From the NCBI RefSeq assembly GCF_009914755.1, contig NC_060928.1: DNA of 64,000 nucleotides. One strand, written 5' to 3'. The stretch is from the human T2T-CHM13v2.0 reference genome, Homo sapiens. The notes under the pieces are model-generated. The model was not told where the DNA came from. It saw nothing but the letters and a program-made list of their open reading frames with translations, and searched no databases. Each line of letters opens with the position of its first letter. Within the stretch, counting starts at the first letter, position 1. Of this stretch, positions 1-19,562 are shown piece by piece. The position numbers and the translations under genes are program-made.

Positions 1-444
1 ATTAACACAGAAAATGCAAGGCACAACTGTCCAAGTTACCAAAAAAAATGGAGTTTAAAGTTTGATGTTATTCAGAAAAATTCCACTGACATGAAACTCT
101 TCAAAATCATATCCGTTGTGAAATAAGACATGTTAAATAATGTGAAAACACCATGAAAAATATAATGAGAGAGGAAATGGCTTGTAAAAATACTGTAAAG
201 AAAGCTGGAGTTTTAATTGAGGTTAGGCTTGGGAAAACCTTACACTGAAACAAAACAAAACAAAAAATCCTTGCCCTCTTTCTTTACGGAGGAAAGAAGA
301 TTTACATTCACAGCAATAAGAAACTCAGAAAGGCTCAGGGCCCTAATTGGGTAAGAAGGGGGTAATCCAATAATAATGAATTTTGACACAGAAGTAGCAG
401 CATAGTGTGGTATAAAGAAAATAAGCTTTAGAGTCTGATCACTT

Positions 445-716
445 TCCAAGGAAGCCTGCTCTGACCTCCCAATTTAAAACTGAAATCTGTCATCCTTTCT
501 GGATTCCCTTTACTCTGTTCAAATTTACTTTTTACACAGTACCTGTCACTTTCTGTCCCACTGTAATTTACCTACTCTCTTGTTTAGTGTCTCTCTCTAC
601 TCACTAGAGTCTCAGCTCCATGAGAGCAGGGATCTTCATATACTTTATTCCCTTATGTCCCCTAAAGGGTACAACAATTTCTGTAAAGTAAGCACTCAAT
701 AAGTATTTGTTGAAGA
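445..716 (+). mobile_element. L2 3' fragment
   Basis: ctccatgagagcaggga...gcactcaataagtatttgttgaa resembles the L2 3' end. Confidence 0.6.
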
Positions 717-721
717 ACCAC

Positions 722-892
722 CTGGAATTCTGACTCTACTATTTACTAAGGAAATTAAATGACCAAGTATGCCTTTTAAATTTAGTTTCCTCACCTGTAA
801 AATGACAATGTATTTACCTTGCAGGATTATTAAGATTAAATAAAATACTCTGTGTAAATAAGGGCTATACTGCAGACACTCAATAAATGTCA
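722..892 (+). mobile_element. MIR fragment
   Basis: Core agtttcctcacctgtaaaatga...ggattattaagattaaataa. Confidence 0.65.
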
Positions 893-1713
893 GTGTACAT
901 TTTTTTTTTCTCTTTCATCTTCCTCAGCAGATTGGAAAGAATAGACAAATGTTAATGAGAGGGAGGCAAGGCCAGCACAAGTGGAATAGAAAGAAAACAC
1001 CACTGTTCTAAAGAGTGGCAGTCCCCTGGAATATACAAGTGACTTTGCAAACAAATAATTTCCCAAAACAATAAAATGCAGCCAATTTATCTCAGGAAAT
1101 GACATTTTCTTTTGGAATAGCTTGTAAGCATAAGGTTTGTAACTCAATACCTTTGAGGCAACTGCAAAACAAAGCCAAGTCCATGTTGCAAAAATCAGAG
1201 GAAAAGGGTAAAGACCCAGGAAACATGCAACAGCATAGCATATGATGACAGACTACAAAGTATATAAATTATAATAATCAATATAAAAGTATTAAGTACC
1301 CTTATTAAAAGATAAGACTCAATTAGGGTAAAAAGCAAAATGCAAACACACGCATACTGTACTTGAGAAATACATTTACAAAAAATAACACATACACAAA
1401 CACTATTTTAAGAGAGGGATTAGAATGTGCATGAAAGTGTACAAAATGAGGCTGATAGAGTGTAATGGGTACTAAGTAGTACTTCCTCAGAAGAATCTTG
1501 GATAGACAGAGAGAGAGCAAGCCTTTGAAGAACCAGGAGTATCACTTGTATGACTGTCTCCTAGTCAAAGATTTATATACATGATGCTCATACAGAATCA
1601 TATATAAAAGTGAAAATTACAAATGACTTATTTGGCCAATTAAAATTAATAAGCATATTCATTTTGATATAATCAGATTTAGAAATATTTTTCAGCTGTT
1701 AAAAATATTAATC

Positions 1714-2015
1714 TTTTTTTTTTTTGAGTCAAGATGTCGCTGTCACCCATGCTGGAGTGCAGTGGCATTAATCTTGGTTCACTGCAGCCTCGACCTCCCT
1801 CGACTCACATTTTAGCCTCTGGAGAAGCTGGGACTACAGGCAGATGCCACCATGCCCAGCTAACTTTTTTTTTTTTTTTTTTTTTTTTGTATTTTTTACC
1901 TATGAGATTTTACCATGTTGCTCAGGCTGATCTCATACTACTGGGCTCAAGGGATCCTTCTGCCTCAGTCTCCGAAAGTGCTGGGAAAACAGATGTGAAG
2001 CTACCACATCCAGCC
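1714..2015 (-). mobile_element. Alu (AluJ-like)
   Basis: polyT, gctggagtgcagtggc, long central T run, ending cacatccagcc; highly diverged. Confidence 0.9.
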
Positions 2016-2349
2016 GAGATTGTAATTTCAAAAATACTTAAAGGCAAGAAGAAACATAGAGAAAAGAAAGCAGAATAATAAGATCAAGGCAACTTAGTCG
2101 ACAATACTGAAATAAAAATTATAACTATCTGTATTAATAAGTATACAAATAAAATAAAAAAAAAGAAAATGTCAATAGATTAATATTAATATTAGCTGAC
2201 ATTGGTTGGAAAATTGGGAATCATTTTATTTGTCTTCTTTTGTCTCCATATTTCCTCATTCTTCTCTAATTAAAAAGTACATTTTTATAACCAGAAAGCA
2301 AATATTATTTTGGAATGAAAAAATGCAGTTAGTTGGGTGATGGTTCCAT

Positions 2350-3075
2350 GTTCACTTAAGCAGCAAGTCCACTCACATCAGACTTCTGCCTTGGACTTCT
2401 TAACTCTCCAAACAGCTCTCTGAAATGTTATGGATAATCTCTACATTGCCAAATCCTGGCACTTTTGAGCCCTCATTTAACATGAATTCTTAGCATCATT
2501 TGACATGCCTTTCCCCTGTCATTCCTTTAGTTTCTATAATGATCTACTCTCCTTGTTTTCCTTCTAATTATCTGGCCTTTTATTCCCCTTTATTTTCCGG
2601 AATAGGCCCTTCCTCCATCCTAACTAAGTCAGTCAGGATTTCAGTGCCCAATCCTTGGCTTTCTTCTCCATTCACTAGGTATTTTCTCCTCTGGTGATCT
2701 TAATCGTATTCATACCTTTTGTTACCACATATATGGAGATCACTAGCAAGTAATATTTTTAGTCCAGTCCCCCTTCTGATCTCAACAGTGGAGTACTTAA
2801 CTGACCACTTGGATAGTTCACTGGTACTCCAAACTTACTATGTCTAAAACTGAACTCAGAATTCTTGTCTTTCAAACCTAAGTCTCAAAAAATGGTCCGA
2901 CCCTCCACCTGGTTTGACTGTAAATGTGGCAGTCAACCTTCACCCAATGTCTCACTCTTCCTCATCTGATCTAATCAATTACAAAGTTCCACCGGTTCTT
3001 CTTTGCACATTTTTCTCAAAGACATGAAGACATCTAATCGTCTCCATCTCCACTGCCACCACCTTAGTCAGAGAC
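2350..3075 (+). mobile_element. L2 fragment
   Basis: ctctacattgccaaatcc; aaacttactatgtctaaaactgaactc; ctccatctccactgccaccacctt. Confidence 0.55.
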
Positions 3076-3090
3076 ACTGTTTACTCAGAC

Positions 3091-3347
3091 CAGTGCTTCT
3101 CTTTCACTAAGAAAATGTTTCAGCATGCAACTGTAGTATCTGTATTTTTAAATAAAACATACACATGTACTACTGTATTTATATATTATATTAAAGACAG
3201 ACAAAATTTTGAGGATAAAGACAAAATAAATATTTTAATGCTAAATTAATATTTATGGCTTTATATTTTCACTAGACAAGATTTTAAGATGGGATACATA
3301 TTTAGGGCCAAAGTCATCTTTAACAAATGTATAGGCAATTATAGGAA

Positions 3348-3386
<39 letters not shown>

Positions 3387-3835
3387 TCAGATGTCTCCTT
3401 AATAATTTCCATTTTTGGCTTACTTCTCATCACATATGATGATGTCATTATATTTTATCTCAAATTGCTACTGACTAGTAGTATTAACTCTGCTTTCTTT
3501 TTGTTATCTTGTGTTTGTATCATTATTATTTTCAATCTGCATTTCTGTACAGGCTTCTTTTAGCAACTTGTTCATTTTGTAAGCATTACTTTATTTAAAA
3601 ACAGATAATATAATTCTTATCTCTGTTAGCCCAAGAGACACAAACTGCAATCCTAACAGTGCCCTGAAAGCAAACAAGTGCCTTGGGACTGTCAGCCAAC
3701 CAGCACCAACATGGAATTGGCGTTCTTCCCTTTGATCACATGTGATACTGCACCTCATAAGAGACCAGCCAGCAGTGCCCAAGCCAGGGCACCAAAGTCA
3801 AATCATCTGTTTAATGATAATAAAGTTTAACTGTG
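3091..3835. mobile_element. Probable hAT-Charlie DNA transposon remnant containing (TA)n at ~3354-3382
   Basis: Begins cagtgcttctc (Charlie-type TIR) with an AT-rich internal region; family uncertain. Confidence 0.35.
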
Positions 3836-3845
3836 TTCCTGTTTT

Positions 3846-6032
<2,187 letters not shown>

Positions 6033-7365
6033 TGGGAATCAAAGAGGTAATTTTTTCTTCCCATATTCCAATGGATGTCATGTATGCCTGCTGCAATGTA
6101 CATCTCTTCACTCTGAAAACTAAAGCCTAGATTATTGCAATAGCCAGCTTCATCATCCTCAAATAGAGGTGGTACAACTTCCCCTCTCTGCAGGAAATGT
6201 TTGGAATTGTGGGGGGTATCTCACTGTCTCAACTAATGGGGAATATTACTTGCATTTTGCATAGCGGCAAGCATGCAAGTAATGCCCTCTAATGTGCAGG
6301 ACACGCTCATACAAGCCAAAAGTAACCCACTGCTAAATACTGTCTGAATCTCTCTGCATTCCTCCTCATCCTCTCCAGTCCATGCTTCACATAACAGTTG
6401 AAATGATTTTTTGAAAACACAAATGTCACAATATTACCTAAAATTGTTCCATGGTGTTTTGCTACTTGTAAGGTAATCACTGAGCTCTAGCCAAACTAAA
6501 CAGGCCTCCTCTAGGTTCTTGAAGAAACCATTGGGCTTCCTGCCTCAGAACTTTCTTGCTTCTCTTTACCCAGCTTACTCCTACTCATCCTTAGGAAGCC
6601 CACGTGACACATCTGCCAGGTGATGGTTGGTCTCTGTTAAATGCTCTCATAGCGGCCTTTACTTTTCCTTAACAACACTTTCCTCAAGTGTCATTCATGA
6701 TTTGCGTTATTTTTTTATGTCTGTCTCCTTGCTAAACTAAGGAACATGAGGGCAAGAGTAGCCACTACATAAAAATTTCTTGAATTAAAGGAAGAAATAA
6801 TGGTTGATAGATTCAATGATTGATTGATTAAATCTCTATGGACAATATAAGTACCCCCAAAGACTGCAGAATAATCCTGGAGAAATTGAAGAAAGTATCA
6901 ATGGAGAGTATTTTCAAGTGAAAGAAATGCTAAATTGTTTTTATAAGTATATATTCAAATTCATAATCATAAAGAAGATCGATTTAACATTTATTCCCAT
7001 GTTCTATTTCTCTCGCCCCTTCTCCAAACCCAATGTCACCATAAACAACTGATACCAAATTCTTCAATGGCTTCTTATTAAAATTAGATTCACAATACAT
7101 TTCCTAACTTGGCTGCAAAGCCTCCAATTCTCTTTTTTACTTCACCCTGCATCCCTCTCTTTCTCTCACTGTGCTCCATCTCCACCAGCCTTCTCTTTCC
7201 CCCATGCCCATTCCCAGCCTCAATTCATGCTGTTGCTCTCCTGAAATGCTCTTTTCCCTATGGCTGATTCTTCTCATCTTTTAGGTTACTTATAGCCTCA
7301 TGGCTTTTTTCTTCCTTCTCTTTCCCAGTCTTTATCATGAATTGTAATTGCATGTTAATTCATGT

Positions 7366-7698
<333 letters not shown>

Positions 7699-7799
7699 TA
7701 ATGCTATACTCTACAAGAATGTGAGTTCTATGAGGGCAGGACATGGCATCTTCTACTATTTCATCCCAGTGTCCAGCACAGGGCCTAGGCTTAACTATC

Positions 7800-8025
7800 T
7801 TACAACTTTCACCATGTTCCAGGAGCCACTCTTAGCAATTTCTAAATATTAACTTGCTCAATCCTCACAGTCATGCTTTTAAGTAGATATTAGTATTACT
7901 ATTAAACCCATTTTACAGAAGAAAATGAACACACAAAAGGTTACCTAGGTTTCCCAGGTTCAAAGAACTAGGTGGTGTTTCCAGAATTTAAACCCAGACA
8001 GTCTGGGTTCAGAGTCTATCCTCCC
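7800..8025 (-). mobile_element. MIR
   Basis: cccattttacagaagaaaatgaa...gaatttaaacccagacagtctg. Confidence 0.65.
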
Positions 8026-9397
8026 TCCCAAGGGCCAACTATTACTAAAATATCTCATTTCAAACAGAGATATGTGAGCTCACCCTACTTTTTCCATTTG
8101 CCTGGCTGACACCATTAAAAATATATATAAAAACCACTGTGAAAATGTAAGAAAGGTTCTCAGACAGTTCAGCTTGCCACTGTGGTGGGAGGGATACAAA
8201 GTGCAAGTCCATTTACACAGTTACCATGGGAAAATGAGAGCAATGGCAAGCTGGAAAAAACGGAAAGGAAGTTGAGCAAGATGCTGAAATCATTGATAAT
8301 GGGTCTGAATTAAGGAAGTCCTAGAAGCTCCACACTAGGGATGAGATGGGAACACTCCAACAGCTTGCTGAATGAGAGCCAGAGTACAGGATTAAATATC
8401 AGGAGAGAGTACCTGATGTCACAGTTGTAAAACTGACTACCCAGACATTAAAAGCTGTTTTCATGAACCTGAATGCAGTCAGTAAAAGACTCCAAATGAT
8501 GCTCTGTATAAATCAGCCAAATTCAAGAACTTTCATTTTACAAACAGGGGAGAGCAAAAACTAGTTCAAGTAGTACAACACGGATGCTTCCTTTTCTTTC
8601 CATCTGTGATTCGTATCCAAACTTTCACCCTACTCCAACTTAGGAGTGCATTAGGAAAATATTTATTCTTACTCTAGACTGGAGGTAAACTGATTTTGTT
8701 TTAAAATAAAGTGAAATAAGATATTTAACAGAAAGCACCTAAATTCTAGATAAGTATCTTCAGTTAACACATACTTATCACATACAATGTGCCTACCACT
8801 TCTGCTAGGAACAAAATGACAAAGAACACACTGTCTAGCCCTTGTGGAGTCCACGTTCTAAGTGGAAACATTTGTAAAGTCACAAGCATAGTACAAAGAG
8901 AGGAACAGAGGAGCGTGCAGTCCATGGCTTGGAGAGAAGAAGGCAGGCTTTAAGGGAAAATTGGCAGAAGGCCTGGATCTGGAAGGATGCATCGCGGTTT
9001 ATCATGTCCTAAGCGGGGGAATGATATGACAGGGAGGGGGAAGAAGATAGTTACAGGTACTGTGAGCGTGAAGAACATGGCTCAGCTGGGGAAGTGAAAA
9101 GAATTCACAAAAGCTAAAGATTAGATGTCACTAGAGAAATAAATTGAAAATAATTTAGAGTTGAAAGCTGGAAACAAATCCTGGAAATCATGGTAATCAT
9201 TTCAAGAAAGTGGACGTATGTTTTGTAAGTGGTGGGAATTCACTAAAGGATTCTAAATAGAGACTGAAACTAAAGTATAATTCAGTTAGCAAGCAAGAGA
9301 GTATGAAACTGGAGCCAAGGAGGCCAGTACTATTGTTCCACTCCAGACCAGAAATGATTTAAACATGAACAAAAGCAGTAGTTATCAATTAATTTCT

Positions 9398-10160
9398 TTA
9401 TCCATTCAAAATATTGAATGCTTCCCACATGCCAGGCACTGTTCTAGGCTTGAGGATCCAACAATAAATGATAAAGACAAAACCTTGTGTCATTGAGCTT
9501 ATAATAAATGATAAATAATTAAACAAATTTTTGGTGGATATAAGTGCCATGAAGACAAATAATATAGAATGAGAGCTAAGGAAGTAATGGAGATAAGAGA
9601 GAAAGTAATTTGAGCTGAGATCTGAAAGAAGCACATGAGCAGGCCATGAAGGAACCGGAAGAAAAGTGTTCTAGGCAGAGGCAACAGCAGATGCAAAGGC
9701 CAAGATGTAGATTCAGGGTAGGTTCAATGTGTCCAAAAAAGACTAAAGAGGCCATGTGACCAGAGTGAGGTGGAGGGTGCTGATGGAGTCAAAGAGAGCA
9801 GAGTGGGAGGGTGAGGGCTGCAGGTCACCTGAGGTCTTTCAGACCATGATAAAACTGGTTTTCACTCTAAATGAGATGCACAGTCATGGGAAGGTTTGAG
9901 CAAATGAATACTATATTCATTTTACAAATATATAATCTGACTCAGGTTCTACAAAGATTACTCTGCATGAGACTGTTGGGAGCAAAGACAGAAGGAGAGA
10001 GAGCAGTTAAAAAGATATTGCAATATTCCAGGAGACTGAGATAAAGCTGTGGAGTTATGAGAAACGTTCAGACTCTGAACTTATTTTAACGTAGAACCAA
10101 TTGGATATGCTACTGGATTAGATGTAGGGTGTGAGAGAATTAGAGAAATAAAGGTGACAA
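9398..10160 (-). mobile_element. L2a fragment
   Basis: atccattcaaaatattgaatg...tgccaggcactgttctagg; gaaaagtgttctaggcagaggcaacagc. Confidence 0.7.
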
Positions 10161-10282
10161 TGAGAATTTAGAGATGGTGGTATGTTTGAAAAACAGGTAG
10201 ATGCAAAGGCAGGAATTACAGGGTGTGAGTGAAAGCTGCATGGTAAACTGCTCAGAAAGATCTGGGTTTTGATCCTAGATCT

Positions 10283-10370
10283 TTTTTTTTTTTTTTTTCT
10301 TTTTGGAGACAAAGTCTTGCTCCCTCGCCCAAGATGGCGTGCAGTGGCACGATCTTGGCTCACTGAAACC
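10283..10370 (-). mobile_element. Short 5'-truncated Alu inserted in a MIR
   Basis: polyT plus ggagacaaagtcttgctc...gatcttggctcactgaaacct. MIR sequence (ggcaagtcactcaacctc) continues after it. Confidence 0.8.
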
Positions 10371-10914
10371 TTAAACTCTAGAATCTTGACTGCTGTGAAC
10401 TGCAGGCAAGTCACTCAACCTCAGTGAACCTCGACTTCTTCATATATATGCAAATAACACCTATATATTCCTGAGTTTTAGTGGAGATCAGAGAGAATAT
10501 ATGCAAACCATGGATCTCTGTGTATTTCCCATATGAGGACCTTAACTAGAATAATGGCTATCATTCATGACTTAGGGGAAAAGAGGTGTCCAACATGAGG
10601 CTCAGATATGTGATTTGGGTTATTTGGGGATGGTACAGTCCTCAGAGATATGGGAAATCAAAAGGATCATGTTGAGAGATTAAGAAATCTGGGAGATCAT
10701 GATTTCAGTTTGGAGTACAAGAGAGATGTCCTATAGGCAGTTGAAAATATCTGCCTAGGGTTCAAAAGAGAGACCTGGGCAGGAGAAAGAAAGATTTCAA
10801 AGTTATTGCTATAGGCATGCTGGGCCATTTGCACAGCCTCGAATGACTGTGCCTAAGAGGTTAAAGTAGTATTGATGAGTAACGTGTCATTTGGGCAAAA
10901 CTGTAAAAAACTGG

Positions 10915-10983
10915 TTTTATATATATATATATAAATTATATATATATGTCCATTATATAAATTTTATATATATATATATATAT
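10915..10983. repeat. Interrupted (TA)n microsatellite
   Basis: Seen directly. Confidence 0.9.
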
Positions 10984-11010
10984 GCCCATTTTATCATGGT
11001 TACCCAATTT

Positions 11011-12867
11011 GCCAACAAACTGGTAACCATGATTAAATGAACAAACTTCTAGAAACACACAGCAATTACCAAAACTGACCCATGAAGAAATAGAAAAATT
11101 AAAAAGACCAATAAAGAGGTTGAATCAAATAAAAAGCATACCAACAAGGAAAAGTCCAGGATCAGGTGGCTTCACTGATAAATGCTACCAAACATTTAAA
11201 GAAGAATTAATACCAATTCTGTACGTCTTTCAAAAAGACAGAAGAGGAGGAAACATTCCCCAACTCATTCTGTAAGGCTAGCATTAACTTAATAATAAAG
11301 TCAGACAAATATGTTATGAAAAAAGAAAACTACAGACCAAAATCTCTTATAAATTCAGATGCAAAAATCCTAAAACAAACAAACAAGCAAGCAAAATACT
11401 AACTGAATCTCAGAGCATATTAAAAGGGTTCTAAATCATGACCAATGGAGATTTATCTCAGGACTGCAACAGTGGTTCGAATAGGAAAATCAAACAAAGT
11501 AATACATCATACGAACAGAACAAAGGGAAAAAAAAAACATAGTCATCTCAATTGATGCAGAAAAGGTATCTGAAAAACTCCAACATCCTCTCTTGATTAA
11601 AAAAATCCCTCAGAAAGCTAGGTAAAAAGGGAGATTTCTCAACAAAATAATGGGCATTTATGAAAAACCCACTATATTCAATAGTGAAAGACTGAAAAAG
11701 AATGCAAAGAATAGACCCTTTCCTTATACCATATATAAGAGCTAAAACTATAAGACTCTTAGAGAAAAAAAACAAAAACAAACAAAAAAAAACAACAGAA
11801 GGACAAATCCCATGACCTTGGATTTGGCAATGAATTCTTAGATATAACACCAAAAACATGATCAAATAGAGAAAAAAATGCATAAAGGGCACTTCATCAA
11901 CATTAAAAGGCCTTATGCATCTCAAGATATTTTCAACAAAGTGAAAAGAAAACCTACAGAATGAAAAAAATATTTGCATGTCATATATCTGATAAGAGCC
12001 TAATATCCAATATTTAAAACCTCTTAAAAAGACAATACTATTTCAAAATGGGCAAAGGACTTGAAGAAACATTTCTCCAGAAAAGATGTAGAAATGGTCA
12101 GGAAGTATATGGAAAGATGCTCACCATCATTTGTTCTTTGGGGAATGTAAATCAAAACCATGGTCAGATACTTCACACCCACCAAGATGGATAATTAAAT
12201 AAAAAAAAAGTGTTGGCAAGAATGGGGAGAAATTGGAATCCTTGTGCATTGCTGATGGAAATGTAAAATGGTGTCGCTCCTAAGGAAAACAGTATGTCAG
12301 TTCCCGAAAAAGTTAAACAGAATTACCATATGCCTCAGCAATTCAATGCTAGGTATATACCCCAAATAATTGAAAACAGGTACTCAAATACTTGTATGCC
12401 CATGTTCACCACAGCACTATTCACAATAGTCATAAGGTAGAAAGAAGTGTCCAACAACAGATGAATGGATAAACAAATTGTGATATAAAAATATAATGGA
12501 ATATCATTCAGCCATAAAAAGGAATGACCTACTGATACATGAGAAAATGTGGATAAACCTTGAGAACATTATGCTTAATGAAAGAAGCCAGTCACAAAAG
12601 GTCACATATTGCATATTTCATTTATATGAAATATCTAGAATAGGTAAGTCTATAGAAGTGAAAGCAGATTGGTAGCTGTTAAGGGATGAGGGGAGTGAGG
12701 TGTAAATGTTTATTGGGTATGGAGTTTTATTTTGTGGCAATGAAAATATTTTGGAGTTAGAGAGGTGGTGCTTGTACAACACAGTCAATATACTAAACGT
12801 CACTGAACTGCTCACATTAAAATGATCAATTTTATATCATGTGAATTTCACCTCAATTTAAAAAAAT
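11011..12867 (+). mobile_element. Old L1 (L1MB-like): ORF2 fragments with an internal deletion, plus 3' end
   Basis: aaagtccaggatcaggtggcttcactg; ctcaattgatgcagaaaagg; 3'UTR ending gtgaatttcacctcaattt. Confidence 0.85.
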
Positions 12868-14412
12868 GCAGCACCTTGGTAGGGTGACAGGGTAGAGAAC
12901 ACACACACTGGAGACTGCATGTAGATGAAACAGTAAAGGTCTGAGCTATGTGTTACAAGTAGAAATGAAAACTAAGAGGAATTAATGAATCTGAGAGCTC
13001 TTTAAGAGGGAGAGAGATTGGAGTGGGGTGGGAAACAGTGACTTCTATCCACAATGAGTAGGTTAAGAGGACAAGATTTTGGAGCAAAGACAGTTCTATA
13101 CTGAGCAGTCTGCATTTCAGAAATGTTTAGGAGGCACTTAGAAATATGGATCTCTACACAGCAGATTAGTATGGGCTGCAAATGAAGATTTCAGAATTTT
13201 AAACACATCATAGAAATAAATGGGACGGAAGCAGATAGAAAAAAGTCAGCTTGTAACATCATAGTTTCAAAAAACATAACATGATGGTTCAATTCACCTA
13301 AGGAAATATCCAACAAAAGCATTCAGCATAGATAAAAGGATGAGTTAAACGTCATGGTAGAAAGATGTCCATATGCAGCTAGCATTTAATTTCTGGGCTG
13401 TATATCAGCTACTTGTGTCACAGTACAATTAAACCATCTAAATAGGTTTTGCCTTTATGAAAATCCTTCCAATAAAAGCAGCAATGACTTAAACTAATTG
13501 AAATCACTGAACTAGGGCTGTAGCTCTGTTCAGTATAGAGCTTTATATGTGTGCATTTCTTCCTCTACAACTGTTTCTTTCCTTAAAAGAAGTGTACTGT
13601 TAATAAAGGTATTTTTATGAGTATGCCCACTGGGAGTACATTGTTGTCTTAACCTTACCACTGAAGTTTCATGGAAGGACAAGGAAAACATCTTGTGTTT
13701 GTGAGTTTCCTTTCATATGGACTGCTTACCCTATGCTGTATCCATTGGGACATGATGATGGATCTAAGTTCTGGAATTTCCCTCAATATTTAAGCAGAAT
13801 TCTGCACTGTGCCATATCACACAGCACAGCTTTAATGTTTTTTCTTACATTGATTCCCTAACATCTGTGTCAATTCTCTGTCAACTGCCAATCCCGCACA
13901 AAAGAACAGTGGTTTTTTTTCCCCTAAATTGATCAATATTCAGATTAATTTTACTGTCAACAGTAGTATTTTTTTCCTTTCAGAAATAATGTATGCTATG
14001 TCAAATAATTCCATTTCAATCCAAATGTCATAAGCAGAAAACCTAGACACTTAGTAACAGCATTATTTAACACAAAGGAGTTTATATGCATTTTGGAATT
14101 TTGTACATGCTTGGCTTTAACCAAGTAAATAATATGTATGACCAGTCAAATCTCTGGTTTAACTGTCATTAATCAGTAAAGATTTGGCCAGACACATGAA
14201 AGCTGCCTCAAATCATCATGCTTTTACACCTTGGAAGAACAACTCAACGGTATTAAAACAGGGTACAAGCATGTCTAAAAGAAAATCAGAATTTATTTGC
14301 TGCCAGTAAACCAGATGAATAAAATGATTACAATGCAGTTACATGTATTATGCAAGAACAAGCTATAAATAGCATAAGACATTAACAGGCATAGGCACAT
14401 TCCAGCAATGCA

Positions 14413-14462
14413 ACACACACACACAGACACACACACACACACACATACACACACACACACAC
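14413..14462. repeat. (CA)n microsatellite, read as (UG)n in the pre-mRNA
   Basis: Seen directly, ~52 nt downstream of the exon donor. Confidence 0.95.
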
Positions 14463-14490
14463 CCCTACTTTCTGTTATTGGAAGACACTA

Positions 14491-14625
<135 letters not shown>

Positions 14626-14737
14626 TCAACAAAAAGAGACCACCAAAATTGCCAGTGAATGAATGAATGCAGAGTCCTCCATATTCAGGTGTGTGTTATG
14701 GGATCCACAGAATACTGCAGCAAATTTACAGGTATGC

Positions 14738-15112
14738 TGATATGGTTTGGCTGTGCCCCACCCAAATTTCATCTTGAATTGTAGTTCCCATAATCCCCAT
14801 ATGTCATGGGAAGGACCTGATGGGAGGTAATTGAATCATGGGGCTGGTTACCCCCATGCTGTTCTCATGATAGTGAGTGAATTCTCACAAGATCTGATGG
14901 TTTTATAAGGGGCTTTTCCCACTTTGCTCCATGCTTCTCTCTCCTGCCGCCATGTGAAGAAGGATGAGTGAGCTTCCCCCTTCCACCATGACTGTAAGTT
15001 TCCTGAGCTCTCCCCAGCCATGCAGAACTGTAGTGTCAATTAAACCTCTTTCCTGTATAAATCACCCAGTCTCAGGTATTTCTTCATAGTGGTGTGAGAA
15101 CAAACTAATACA
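14738..15112 (+). mobile_element. MaLR solo LTR (THE1C/D-like)
   Basis: TGATATGGTTTGGCTGTG...CTAATACA termini, TATA-like ttttataagg and polyA-type aattaaacctc. Appears inserted in a hAT-like remnant ending aagtttgagaacccttg (~15384). Confidence 0.9.
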
Positions 15113-15511
15113 GGTGCTATGAGCAATTTTATATTTTCAGGAGAAATAGGAATAACCCACATCTGTCAGACACTGAAAATGACTAGCTCAAGGCAGTTCA
15201 GTTTCAACATTGGATTGTGCTACATTTCCTCCAATGATGTCCTGTCTTTGCAATGCTGGATGCTGGATGGTTGCTGTGATGTAACTGCTTAACACTTCTA
15301 GGTCATTTCTTTTGGTTTATGGGTACCATAAAAATCTACTGAGATACTCAGGGCATCATGAATGAAGAAAGTTTGAGAACCCTTGATCTAGAGGGTACAA
15401 ATTGTTTACTTTCTAAGAGGAATTCCTAGAAATAAAAACTTTAGAACTAAATTTTCTACAGATTTTGGGGGATAAGTTTAAAAATGAATCAACTGTGATT
15501 TATGTATTTCC

Positions 15512-15811
15512 TTTTTGTTGTTGTGATGGAGTCTCCCTCTGTCACCTAGGCTGGAGTGCAGTGGCACGACCTTGGCTCACTGCAACCTCTGCCTCCCTAG
15601 TTCAAGCAATTCTCCTGCCTCAGCCTCCTGAGTAGCTGGTACTACAGGCACCTGCTGCCATACCCAGCTATTTTTTTTTTTTTTTTGTATTTTTAGTAGA
15701 GATGGGGTTTCACCATGTTGACCAGGCTGGTCTCAAACTCCTGACCTCAAATTATCCACCTGCTTTGGCCTCCCAAAGTGCTGAGATTACAGGTGTGAGC
15801 CACCGCACCTG
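15512..15811 (-). mobile_element. Alu (AluSx/Sz-like)
   Basis: Full dimeric Alu on the minus strand. Confidence 0.92.
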
Positions 15812-16168
15812 TGTTTTCATTTCTATTACCTCATCTTTTTCCAGTAGGATGTTCTTTTATAAAATCTAAATTACATTTTTAAATGAGGCATTTTTATTAT
15901 AAAAACAATAAAGAAAACTTAAGGCAAAGAAGTACCTCAAAATGAAGAGAAAAAATAATTTAGAATTCCTTAGCCTTCTTTGATACCAGGAACTTAGTCA
16001 TCTAAGTTTTATCACCATCTTTTTATCACCATCTTTTTAGCCCGGATTAATTGTGAAATAAATTAATTAATATTATTCCATTCCAACAGCTTGCAAGTTA
16101 CTACTTAGTGCATCATCAAAAAGTTTCGTTCAGATTTAGGTAAATTTGCAGTGAGATCCATTTTTTTA

Positions 16169-19562
<3,394 letters not shown>

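Noticed and set aside
1734-2078. Alu-derived ORFs (also 5029-5415, 16166-16580, 31754-32192, 52551-52802)
   Set aside because: These are typical translations of Alu sequence with no coding evidence.
16007-16038. 14-bp tandem duplication ttttatcaccatct x2
   Set aside because: Only two copies with no spacer; a common slippage event, not an array or CRISPR.
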